From a virus (taxonomy: Duplodnaviria; Caudoviricetes), in IMG/VR virus record IMGVR_UViG_3300005077_000067, positions 1 to 33,781 of that record: a stretch of DNA of 33,781 nucleotides. One strand, given 5' to 3'. Positions 17,701-24,607 of this stretch are shown piece after piece. Below the pieces are notes generated by a model. That model was not told where the DNA came from. It ran no database searches and saw only the letters and a program-made list of their open reading frames with translations. A program made the translations under genes and the position numbers. The first letter of the stretch is position 1, and the number at the start of each line of letters is the position of its first letter.

Positions 17701-20700
17701 CCAGTGGAACCGGCCGAGCGACCCGTCGTCGGCCCGGCCCAGCTGGGAGTAAATGGCCGGCACCTGCCGCGCGAGTTCCTGCTCGATGGCCTCGTAGGCC
17801 AGAATGCCGCGGACCCCGACCGTGATGCCGTTCAGTGCGGACCCGGGCACCGTGGTCATGACGCCGGCCGCGTTGCGCGCCTTGAACCCGTCGTAGAGGT
17901 TGTAGTCCCGGCGCTCAGTGCTGCCCGGCTCCGGCGGGAAATAGCCGCGGAACCGGCCGTCATCCCACAGCTGGCGCATCTGCACACGATCGATGACCAT
18001 CACATCGGTGAAGCCAATGACCAGCAGGGTGAATGACACCACCTTGTTGTCGATCCCCGCGCCCTCGCCAATCTTCGCGAACTCGCGACGGATGAAGGGG
18101 CCCGAGTTGCTGGGATCACAGATCAGGTCGTGGATGTACTGCAGCCGCGTGCGCCCGTCGGCCATGCGCTGGGACATGCGCGAGAGGAAGAACCGGCCGA
18201 ACCCGTTCAGGTTGTGCCGGGTGCTCGCTCCAGGGAGCCCGCTGCCTTCGGGAGCCACGGTGTCGGCCCACTTGAGGTAGGCTTCGAGGTCGAAGGTTCC
18301 GTTGGCCACCTGCTGCACAAATGGTGTGACGCCGGCCCAGGAGTCGAGGAACATCGCTTCCTGGGTGTAAGGCGATACCCCCTTCGACAGGAACGACCAC
18401 AGGAAGATCCGCACCGTGGTCTCCAGCCGCGCCTGCCCACTGGTGTAGTAGGCCCGGAACTTCCGGGCGTTGGCGAACCCATGGTCCACGTCGGCTAGCT
18501 GGCCCGCGGTCAGTTTCTGCAGCTTGGGCGCCAAGAGCCCTTGCCGCAGGTCGCGAATGAGAGCGAACGGCGGGATAGGCACCTCGCGCGATGCATGCGC
18601 GTAGGCCAGCATGTTGGCCCACGCTTCCTCCGAGGCTAACGGGTCTGGGTGCTTGACCCGCACCGCGTCTACGCCCGCCAGCTGCTCCCCTGCGTTGTCG
18701 TTCGTGGTACCGGCCAGCACCAGGGGCGCGTGATCGAGCTTCGCCCGCGTCGGTGCCTTCACCCGCAGCTGCGGGCCCACGCCGAGCGTATTGCCGTCTG
18801 CCACATTGCGCGCCGCGGTGACGGTGCGCCCACCCACCTCCAGCGTCCGGCCTGTGGTGGCCAGCTGGTGGAGGGGGGCCTGCACCACCGGGCCACGTAG
18901 ATGCCCGTAGCGGATCTCCCCCGTCGACAGGTGCACGAGCACCTCGGTCGGGTCCACATCCTCGGTGGCTTCCGGCGGGGTCTCTCTGCGCTCTTCCTCC
19001 GTCATGTAAGCACGCTTCGCCGTGTTGCGTGCTTCCACCTCGCCAAGGAGCCTCTTATATGCGTCGTCCGCCGACACCGGGGGCGGGCTCTGCCCATACC
19101 AACGCAGTCCGGTCAGTTCGGAAAGTGCCTTCACGGTCGCCACCGAGACCCCGAGAGCCTCCGGGTCTTTCTCATTCAGCTCCACCTGGGCCTGATGGAT
19201 CTGCGCTTCTTCGGCCAGCAACGCGTCAATGTTGGTGGCAAGGCGGCCTTCCTGAGTGAGCTTGAGCATCAGCTGCGCAAGCCTGAAAGTCCGAACGGCC
19301 AGGGCCACCCCCTCGCGTGACTTCTTCGTGGCCCCGCGAAGTGTGTTCCTGAGGTCGAGCAGACGAACAAGACCAAGGTCGCGCACGGTCTTCTCGGTGC
19401 CACCGAGCGAGAACCCTTCGACTTCTTGGATCTGGTGCTGCACCTCGTGCAGCACGAGTTTCAGCTGCTCCTCGAACGGCAGGGCCAGGTTGACCCCAAT
19501 CTCTGTCGCCTTGGATTTGGTACCGCGCCGCGAGTATCCACCAAAGCCGGCCTGAAGGTCACTGAACAGCCGGATCACGAGGCTCCGCAAGTGCGGGAAG
19601 GCGGCATACAGCCGATCGTGCTTCAGTATCGCACCCAGAGTGGTCGTGGCATTCTCTGGCTGAAAGGCCGCGCCCAGGCTTTCCTGGTCATCCTCAGTCA
19701 GCAACGGGGGCTGCCACACCGCGTCCTCGTCGCTGATCTCGAAGCGCCAGCGCCCGTCCTGCTTGCGGAACCAGCCAGTCTCCTTGCGCACGACCTCCGG
19801 GTCTTCGCCCGCTGCGAGCCTCCGCTGTGCGGCCTTCAGCTGCATTGCGTCTGCGGTCACCGCGGTGGCGCCGGCAAACTGTTGCAGGGGCTCGACCGTG
19901 GCCGCAGCCTCGTCCGCGGGCTTGGTCATGATCTCGACCCGGTAGGCCTCATCGAACTCCTTCGGGGACATGCCCGACATCGCGGCCATGGCCTCGACGT
20001 TGACCCGGTGCGCCAGCGCGTGCAACCGCGCAGATTCCTCGGAGTAGAACGGGTCCTTGCTGACCTCGTCGAAGAACCGATCCTCGACGGCCTGCAGCTC
20101 GGCGTCCCACTCGGTGTTGGCCGCCGCGGCCTCCTTGACCTTCTCCTTGGTGGTCTTGCGCATCTCGTCGACCTGCGCGAGGTGCTCGTCGGCCCGCTCC
20201 TCGGACCAGCCGAGCTCCCGCAGCCGGATCGCCGGGCGCAGGGCCAGATGCAGGTCGGACTCGGTGACCTTCTCGGCGTAGTCGCCGATGGGAATCACGA
20301 TGTCGTCATCGGTGCCGCGCTTGGCCTCCAACTGCGCGTGCACCTCGGGAAGGACGCGGCGCAGCACTTCCTCTGTCGTGTGCGAGGCCTTCATGGCCTG
20401 TTCGAGCCGGTTGGCCGGGACGTAGACGTTCGACACCGGTTTGTCGTGCGTCGCGGCCACGATCTGGGCGAACGTGCCGTCCTTGCGCTTCGCGCTCTCG
20501 AACTTCTTCGCGTGCTCGGCGAGCTTGTCGATGTGCTTGCCGTCGGCCTTCGCCAGCGACGCGCGCTGCATGTCCGCCGCGTAGTGCAACGCCGGGGCCA
20601 GAGGCGCCAGGAAGGCCATCCCCTTGGCCGCCATCACGGCCTCGTTGAAGGCCTGCCGGAGGATCTCGTCGGCAGGGGTCTGCGTCTCCGGGTGCTCCGC

Positions 20701-21723
20701 CAAGGCCAGATTCTCGATGGACCGTGCCGTGATCTCTTGCGCGGCTTCCGTGATCGGCTCGACGGCCAGCGCGATCCCGGTCTCCCGCAAGAAGGTCCCC
20801 GAGGTGCGGGCCAACGACGGCCCAGGCAGCTTCGCCGCGCCCCGAGCCAGCGCCGTGCCCAGCTTGGTCGTCGCGCGAGCCAACGGCAGGCCGATGGCCA
20901 CCTCACTCACCGCGTCCATCGCGGCGACCAGGGCAGCACTGCCGCCGGCCGAGACGACGGCCTGCTGCCGGGCCTCGTCTTCTGGCACCCCTGCATCGAC
21001 CAGTTTGGTGAAGGTCGAATCGAACTCCATGCCAAATGTCACGGCCGCGGTGTTGGCGGCGTAGGTGGCAATGCCGGCGGTCAGGGCCGCGGTGCTGGAT
21101 GACAGCGGGCCGCCCAGGGCCGCGGCACCGCCGGCCGCCACGCTTGCGCCCGTGGCCGCAAGGAAGGGCTTCCACATCTGGCCGACCACGTAGCCGAAGC
21201 TCTCCAGCCACCCTTGGTCGCGTGTGCCTTCGGCCACGAGTTCCTGCAGGTAGGCGATGCGGTCGCGCTCCTGCCCGGTCAGCTTGCGCCACGCCTGTGG
21301 GACGAGGGCCTTGCCCATCTCGTCGGCAGCGTCACCACCGCGGAACCCGCGCCGCCAGTCGCTGATGTCCTCGGCGTAGAGCTTGATATTGCCGAGGTCG
21401 TCGTGCATCCGGCGCACGAACTTCACGTCCTTCATCATCTCGGCCAGCCGTGGGTAGTGGCGGTCGAGTTGCATCCGCTGCAGTTCGTTCTCCTGGGCCA
21501 ACTGGCGGACGATGTCCAGGTTGTTCGGGATCTGCTCCTCGGGCACCCCGAGCTGCTCGGCGATGCGCTTCGCCTCCGACGCCACGCTCGGCTGCGTCTG
21601 CACCGCTGACCGCCACACCGACAGCATGGTGCTGTCGCTGATGTCCTGCCGGTTGCGCTGCAGCTGCAGGTAGACCGCGTCGAGGTTGACAGGAGCAAGC
21701 AGCGGAATCTGGTTGGATGTCAT
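11713..21723 (-). CDS. Giant (~3336 aa) polyvalent internal virion (ejection) protein
   Basis: Last gene of the virion operon; ATG 21723 directly after the upstream stop; contains N-terminal hydrophobic Ala/Gly segments, LPD23-like ETGWFRKQDGRWRFEISD, zincin HEVQH...GEVEARN, HhH glycosylase-like GIDNKVVSF...VIDR, GNAT-like DMVSLF...DAFD...LY...GM...PDVVFF, and a second HEMSH...EGKAP domain. Confidence 0.85.
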   Translation of the reverse strand: MTSNQIPLLAPVNLDAVYLQLQRNRQDISDSTMLSVWRSAVQTQPSVASEAKRIAEQLGVPEEQIPNNLDIVRQLAQENELQRMQLDRHYPRLAEMMKDVKFVRRMHDDLGNIKLYAEDISDWRRGFRGGDAADEMGKALVPQAWRKLTGQERDRIAYLQELVAEGTRDQGWLESFGYVVGQMWKPFLAATGASVAAGGAAALGGPLSSSTAALTAGIATYAANTAAVTFGMEFDSTFTKLVDAGVPEDEARQQAVVSAGGSAALVAAMDAVSEVAIGLPLARATTKLGTALARGAAKLPGPSLARTSGTFLRETGIALAVEPITEAAQEITARSIENLALAEHPETQTPADEILRQAFNEAVMAAKGMAFLAPLAPALHYAADMQRASLAKADGKHIDKLAEHAKKFESAKRKDGTFAQIVAATHDKPVSNVYVPANRLEQAMKASHTTEEVLRRVLPEVHAQLEAKRGTDDDIVIPIGDYAEKVTESDLHLALRPAIRLRELGWSEERADEHLAQVDEMRKTTKEKVKEAAAANTEWDAELQAVEDRFFDEVSKDPFYSEESARLHALAHRVNVEAMAAMSGMSPKEFDEAYRVEIMTKPADEAAATVEPLQQFAGATAVTADAMQLKAAQRRLAAGEDPEVVRKETGWFRKQDGRWRFEISDEDAVWQPPLLTEDDQESLGAAFQPENATTTLGAILKHDRLYAAFPHLRSLVIRLFSDLQAGFGGYSRRGTKSKATEIGVNLALPFEEQLKLVLHEVQHQIQEVEGFSLGGTEKTVRDLGLVRLLDLRNTLRGATKKSREGVALAVRTFRLAQLMLKLTQEGRLATNIDALLAEEAQIHQAQVELNEKDPEALGVSVATVKALSELTGLRWYGQSPPPVSADDAYKRLLGEVEARNTAKRAYMTEEERRETPPEATEDVDPTEVLVHLSTGEIRYGHLRGPVVQAPLHQLATTGRTLEVGGRTVTAARNVADGNTLGVGPQLRVKAPTRAKLDHAPLVLAGTTNDNAGEQLAGVDAVRVKHPDPLASEEAWANMLAYAHASREVPIPPFALIRDLRQGLLAPKLQKLTAGQLADVDHGFANARKFRAYYTSGQARLETTVRIFLWSFLSKGVSPYTQEAMFLDSWAGVTPFVQQVANGTFDLEAYLKWADTVAPEGSGLPGASTRHNLNGFGRFFLSRMSQRMADGRTRLQYIHDLICDPSNSGPFIRREFAKIGEGAGIDNKVVSFTLLVIGFTDVMVIDRVQMRQLWDDGRFRGYFPPEPGSTERRDYNLYDGFKARNAAGVMTTVPGSALNGITVGVRGILAYEAIEQELARQVPAIYSQLGRADDGSLGRFHWESWVVDSGQEAAHGSLDAVLAEALGSPDPIAGVWAKEGEYKAYAYGTQYALVNGSSVFRYTTPKGGVYDFTTEAFASFLGAIKSPLNGVIPDGFLVADKKAPAIPWFNRQEVNRDKLEEQAVYWSRRGAAQVAARTSRPQVSGGARATVDRLQRSGDVIRAARGARAVTGDAAWKVGRRSSADGVSRARKLLTFALPSGEVRHKVTGDLLQAGSQLKRRLREVGVDVTVNVIALDQTQANAQAFHDAIDAAKASGAAKAQNATDAAKAQNANGASGKTYEVAEYAEMKLFLTEDGKGGIAVKPDGDMVSLFSNNKTGRMLIEAALYGGGTHADAFDTALPTLYAAHGMRVVARIPWDDAQAPPGWSYTAMADWAKGRPDVVFFVVDPNYFGEYLGTEGEAVTKWDTGAAVQQDTKARVTHTFTSGKLYQTGRPALYSAMAKAVAAMPDAKPMPGSWWAEHLRAQSADEAFWSGLDVWLAAADGPVTPGSVITFLEARGPTQEGQPVAVAMDDDSETDSETDSETDSDTDSEPPGAPDAVPEAGLPGVRHLALRFPRQGEIAASATLTDSGAGLQVDEIQGSPDLVARHAILDAVRSGHSRVSFANAPGIASALATVAKKLGVPSASFPGLEALDPDRILFPLTEEVRTAVADSQPLFADSATGPRGSYDPRRNARRAFGIDLFDGRRNVSTLLHEMSHHFFNTLLALARNGNQRAHDHVQTIFEWLGVKHLTEWDALGLEGQRKHWEAVAYTYEKYLFEGKAPTSALGDFFRAAARWMRRAYRYIRRLDEDYQEAYGVPLPVLTDEVRGVFDRMLASEEAIEAAKADQAVQALFADKPDSMTEQEWADYQRDLHKDTAAAIDQLSKDSLASMRWLSNARGRLLRRMQREVRKVRKDVEAEERSRLERTPVHRARRALRHGEVVDAEGTVSTWTGLRLSTELTKQMLADEGINATLPRDFAGMTRPEGAPPDVVAEQFGFPDGPSFLLALANTPSLDDDVKRAADARMLREHSDLLDAEAMQAKIDEALHNPMRHRVVAAEARALSRATATTREIVRAATVVAQEQLDGTLVKELKPHTHAQKAAAARRDAEAALRGKTASKSKSGEVRPAEAPGEVLAAARKRRELLESILARLAAKAQDEFARQAKWVRRWLFGPIPARAKTREYDYVVLARALAARFGLGPPGADATADLAELMTYNPGIVEHVQPMLERGAQLAQENAGKPPRQWKTWRDLTVQEAGDLFEALRALDALAKEEKVVELAGKREQLQEVEAKFEAAHADLPVAKRIGDTGQPTFPERVRHGVRSLFHLLTRPEHWAWRKDGGSYDGVHSTYVYRSVRAKVDEYVVARRRYTAQVERALQALKPKLKAGKIEFKDASGRLLHVFGRDDNAGHQELIAALLHVGNASNLHRLLVGRRWGAYDPQTKTLDTSNWDAFVEQMVRKGYITKDVMTFVQMVWDLNEKELLPQAQAAHKRVFGYRFKTIEPVPVVLPGLGTWRGGYMPAKLDKYAKNAPRIEQLTDIEQDFRSQFVTTGRSFTKGRVDPFADALNLSLNLIPQHINDVLKFAYLQPVLKDVEKLGRSKVISSLWESRQPGVWNEMLLPWLQRVASQSATKRGKNAVLDRFWTFVRSSAGMTYMMGNVVNVLQQPLSLVVAALRVPPRYLMTGFFRALQPQTYRDIAAMSPGYLAERQNGQLYDSVEHIRQIATNAGAFTRTKDFLKRNAYFLQTHVQNFMDAVVWSAAYQQALDNTAVNVSPEEAKRNAVAKADATVRTTMGSFDVSDVAGYEGELTPFAKAFFQFSGWFNTMANVQADQFVKMLRATGWVAKSGIALQAYMLAFAVPMMLGEAVARAVRGQIKDEDDDGSWVDDFGAEVVLLGQLRSLFAEAPGLGALPSTALNFFDDRAWNDRMIVPPAVALLERSLSGMRDLADVIRDGEKDLSGRNVRDTLTTLGFLLHLPGGVVGRTAGYLTDVSTGAVEPANAVDFARGLASGR
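16108..16165. repeat. 12-bp tandem repeat (~4.8 copies) encoding a DSET acidic linker
   Basis: CTCGCTGTCGGT units at 16108, 16120 (one mismatch), 16132, 16144 and 16156 (partial); translates to DDDSETDSETDSETDSDTDSE. Confidence 0.9.
16887..16957. repeat. 27-bp tandem duplication plus a partial copy encoding AAKAQNA repeats
   Basis: TCGCATTCTGCGCCTTCGCGGCG(T/C)CGG at 16887-16913 and 16914-16940, partial copy to 16957. Confidence 0.85.
17124..17360 (-). CDS. Nested out-of-frame 78-aa gene inside the giant gene
   Basis: AGGAAG 6 nt before GTG; hand count gives ~60/78 G/C-ending codons in this frame versus ~38/79 in the giant frame; C-terminal amphipathic LVQSLAMRLGKSEDEVRQMVFPELENF. Confidence 0.6.
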   Translation of the reverse strand: MTNSKNRPSIGPDEELLRSLLGPRAPRFPVAPEPPSIDSSEAGMSSAQPVGLVQSLAMRLGKSEDEVRQMVFPELENF

Positions 21724-21724
21724 G

Positions 21725-24061
21725 TCAGAACCCTGCCGCCCTGATCGTGGCCTCGGATAACATCGCTTGTACCCTCCGCCGCTTCTTCGCTTCTTGGGGT
21801 GAGATGATCCCGAAAGCCTCGTCGAGCGTCGTAGGGTCGAACCGGTAAGCCTGCTGGTAGTTACTGAACTTCTGCAGCACCGATTGCTTTGCCAGCCGAA
21901 CAATGTCGTCTGATGTCCATGCGGCCCTGGCCTTTCTCCCGCGCTGGTCCGCCGCAAAGGCCTTAGCTATGGCGTTGAACTCAGAGCGCGAGCCCAAACG
22001 TGGATCGTATTCTGGGGCGGGGAAAACTAAAGATGCCTCCGCCTGGGTGCGCAGCCCCGTGAACCGCACAACCTCGTCCAGGTATGCACGGTGCATCTCG
22101 CGCAGCCGGGCCTGACGAATCGCCGCTAGGATCGCTTTGGTCTCCTGGCGGGCCGCCTTGACCTCTGCGTTGAAGTCATCAATCTGCTTCAGCGTAGCCG
22201 CCGCCTGGGCGCTAGCCCCAACGGGCGATGTCACTCCCTCCACCACGACGGTGACACGCCCCATGGGCTCACCGGTCACCGGGTCATAGCCCGCGGTGAA
22301 AGACTCCTTGGACGGGCCGAGAGCCGGTAATGCGGTGAAAGCCAGCGCGTCGTCCTGGCTCTTGTTTGCCATGTCGACGAGCTCCGCGACGCTCTTGTCC
22401 TGCAGGCCGGGGAAGTCCTGCTTCGTCAACGGGTCGATCATCACACGGTCGCCCCCCTCAGTCTTCAGGGACAGCATCCCGGTGCTCGGGTTGGCATAGT
22501 CCGCCGGGGTCAGCATGTAGGAGGGGAACCACTGCATGCCGAACGGCGTCGGCACGACCATCCCGTCCGCGTGCTCCCGAACGAACCCTTCGAGCATATC
22601 CCGCGTGACCACGTGGCCTTTCTTGGTCTCCTCGTTGGCCTTCGCCTCCAGCCACGCCGCCAGCTTCTCGTTGCGGAAGTTGAGATCATTCTGGTAGGCC
22701 TCGATGGCCTCAGCTTGGTCCCCGTAGGCCGAGGGCGCGATGTCCACCCCGAGACGGAGCACGTTCTCCGAGAGGTGCTTCACCTCGGCCTTCACCGTGG
22801 TCGTGCGCGCCTTGAGCTCGGCCTTGGCGGCTTCCGCTTGGCCCTTCTGCTTGGCCTCCCGGACCGAGCTCCAGACCCTCAACAGGTCTTCGACGCTGCT
22901 CGCCGGCATGTCGTAGCCGTAGGTCTCTCGGATCTCGGCGGGACTGTGGAACCGGGACGCCCAGGCCCCTGGGTCTGCATAGGCCTCGTCGAGGGCAGCC
23001 CAGCCGGTCTTGGTCGTGATCACGGTGCCACGCTGGGCATTGCGCGCCTCGAAGTCGAGGCTGCCCCCGGTGGTCTTCAGCGCGTAGTCGAACCCCGGGG
23101 GCAACGGTTTCCCGGGGTTGAGTGCCACCCAGTCGAGCGCGTCGTTGACCGCGGCAGTCCTCGCCTCCGCCCTCTCCGAGTCGTCGATGCGGTCTCGGGT
23201 GGCGACGTGCTCCTGAGCCCGCGCGCGCACGTGAGCCGGTGCCTTGTCCAGGGCCTCCAGCTGCTTGACCAAGTTGCCGGGGAAATCTGCGCGGGCCTTG
23301 TCGGCCGCGGCATAGGCGTCGGACTGCTCCCGGTGGCCCTGCAACAGCCCACTGACCTGGGCCTCTTGCTCCACGGTGAAGGCCTTCGCCGCCTTGCCCC
23401 GCTCGAACACCGCCTGCGCCTTGTCGAAATCCTTGGCTTCGATGGCCACACCAACGCGGCCCGCATAGAGCCGAGCCAATACCCCGCGGCGGTAGACCTC
23501 GGCCTCTTGGGGGCCGTAGCCGGTCGCCTGGATGAACGCTTCGCCCGCGTTCACGGCTTCCTGCCACATCGCCTCGTCGTCGTCATCGTCGCCCAGGCGG
23601 ATCGCGTTCTCGATGGACGAGTCGACCGTCAGCCCTCGCTCAGTGATCGCGTTTTCATGGGCGGCCTTGGCGTAGGCCCCGTGCACGATCTCCAGCGCGC
23701 GGTCTCGCTCGCGACCCGCTCGCGCGTCGAACTCACGCCGCTGGTAGTCGTTTTCGAGCCCCTCGGCAAAGACCTGCCGCTGGTCGTCGATGGCCTTCAC
23801 CGTGGCGTCGAATCCCGCGATGATGTCCTTCGCCGGCCGGTAGAGGAACCCGTCCGCCTTGCCCTTGAGCACCGAGCGGAGCCAGTCGCTGTAGCGCCGC
23901 CCGTGCTCGTCGACCTTCGCGTCGTCGATCTGCCCCTGGACCAGAGCCTGCACCCGGTGGCCGATGAGGCCGGCCTTCTGCAGTTGCTGGCCGGCTTCCC
24001 GCATCTGCCCGGGGAAGAAGTTGGTCGGGGGCGTGATCTTTGGGGCGCTGAACGCGGACAT
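21725..24061 (-). CDS. Internal virion (ejection) protein, 778 aa
   Basis: Lies between the small internal protein and the giant protein; helical, Ala/Glu/Gln-rich; N-terminal MSAFSAPKITP...GQQLQKAG resembles podovirus core proteins; GAGG RBS. Confidence 0.7.
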   Translation of the reverse strand: MSAFSAPKITPPTNFFPGQMREAGQQLQKAGLIGHRVQALVQGQIDDAKVDEHGRRYSDWLRSVLKGKADGFLYRPAKDIIAGFDATVKAIDDQRQVFAEGLENDYQRREFDARAGRERDRALEIVHGAYAKAAHENAITERGLTVDSSIENAIRLGDDDDDEAMWQEAVNAGEAFIQATGYGPQEAEVYRRGVLARLYAGRVGVAIEAKDFDKAQAVFERGKAAKAFTVEQEAQVSGLLQGHREQSDAYAAADKARADFPGNLVKQLEALDKAPAHVRARAQEHVATRDRIDDSERAEARTAAVNDALDWVALNPGKPLPPGFDYALKTTGGSLDFEARNAQRGTVITTKTGWAALDEAYADPGAWASRFHSPAEIRETYGYDMPASSVEDLLRVWSSVREAKQKGQAEAAKAELKARTTTVKAEVKHLSENVLRLGVDIAPSAYGDQAEAIEAYQNDLNFRNEKLAAWLEAKANEETKKGHVVTRDMLEGFVREHADGMVVPTPFGMQWFPSYMLTPADYANPSTGMLSLKTEGGDRVMIDPLTKQDFPGLQDKSVAELVDMANKSQDDALAFTALPALGPSKESFTAGYDPVTGEPMGRVTVVVEGVTSPVGASAQAAATLKQIDDFNAEVKAARQETKAILAAIRQARLREMHRAYLDEVVRFTGLRTQAEASLVFPAPEYDPRLGSRSEFNAIAKAFAADQRGRKARAAWTSDDIVRLAKQSVLQKFSNYQQAYRFDPTTLDEAFGIISPQEAKKRRRVQAMLSEATIRAAGF

Positions 24062-24064
24062 CGG

Positions 24065-24607
24065 TCACCTCTTGGGAGCGAACCATTCGGCGCCGATCGA
24101 CGTGGCCGACCCGAGCAACGACGTGGCCGCGGACATCCACGGCTTGATCGTGCCGGCCGAGGCCCGAGCGTTCCGGGCCGAGGCCAGGGCGGCGCTGGCC
24201 CGGTTGCGATGCTCCACCGCGGCGAAGATCCCCTGAGCAGCTGCCCGTGTGGCGGCCTGCCGGGTCTCCAGCTGGTCGATCTCGGCCAGCAGCCTCTCGG
24301 AGGCCCGGACCTCCGCGGCGCTGGCTGACGAGGCGCTGGCGCCTCCCGCAGCGGTCGCCACAACCCGGGCCGACGCGGCGGCACCGGCGCGAATCATCAG
24401 CCGGCCGAGCTCCCGCCGGCCGGCGGTGCGGGCGGCATACGCCTCCCCCTCGGCCATGCGGGCGTTGAGGAAGGACATCTCGGCGCCGAGCTGCTCCTGG
24501 TCGGCCTGCAGCTTGAGCCCGGCCTTGGCCGCGACGGCCTCGTAATAGGCCCCGGTGGCGTCGATCACGGCGCCGGCGGCCGACATCAACAGGAAGGGAT
24601 CAACCAC
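24065..24607 (-). CDS. Small Ala-rich internal virion protein (positional equivalent of T7 gp14)
   Basis: GGAGG upstream of GTG 24607; hydrophobic termini (AAGAVIDATGAYY; AATSLLGSATSIG) around an Ala/Arg-rich helix; follows the nozzle gene. Confidence 0.75.
   Translation of the reverse strand: MVDPFLLMSAAGAVIDATGAYYEAVAAKAGLKLQADQEQLGAEMSFLNARMAEGEAYAARTAGRRELGRLMIRAGAAASARVVATAAGGASASSASAAEVRASERLLAEIDQLETRQAATRAAAQGIFAAVEHRNRASAALASARNARASAGTIKPWMSAATSLLGSATSIGAEWFAPKR

Noticed and set aside
21724-21957. 78-aa N-terminal extension of the giant ORF (likewise extensions 2997-3212, 3008-3178, 11066-11455 and 33469-33663)
   Set aside because: These overlap neighbouring genes or regulatory DNA and are not protein-like; downstream starts with RBS or stop-start coupling fit better
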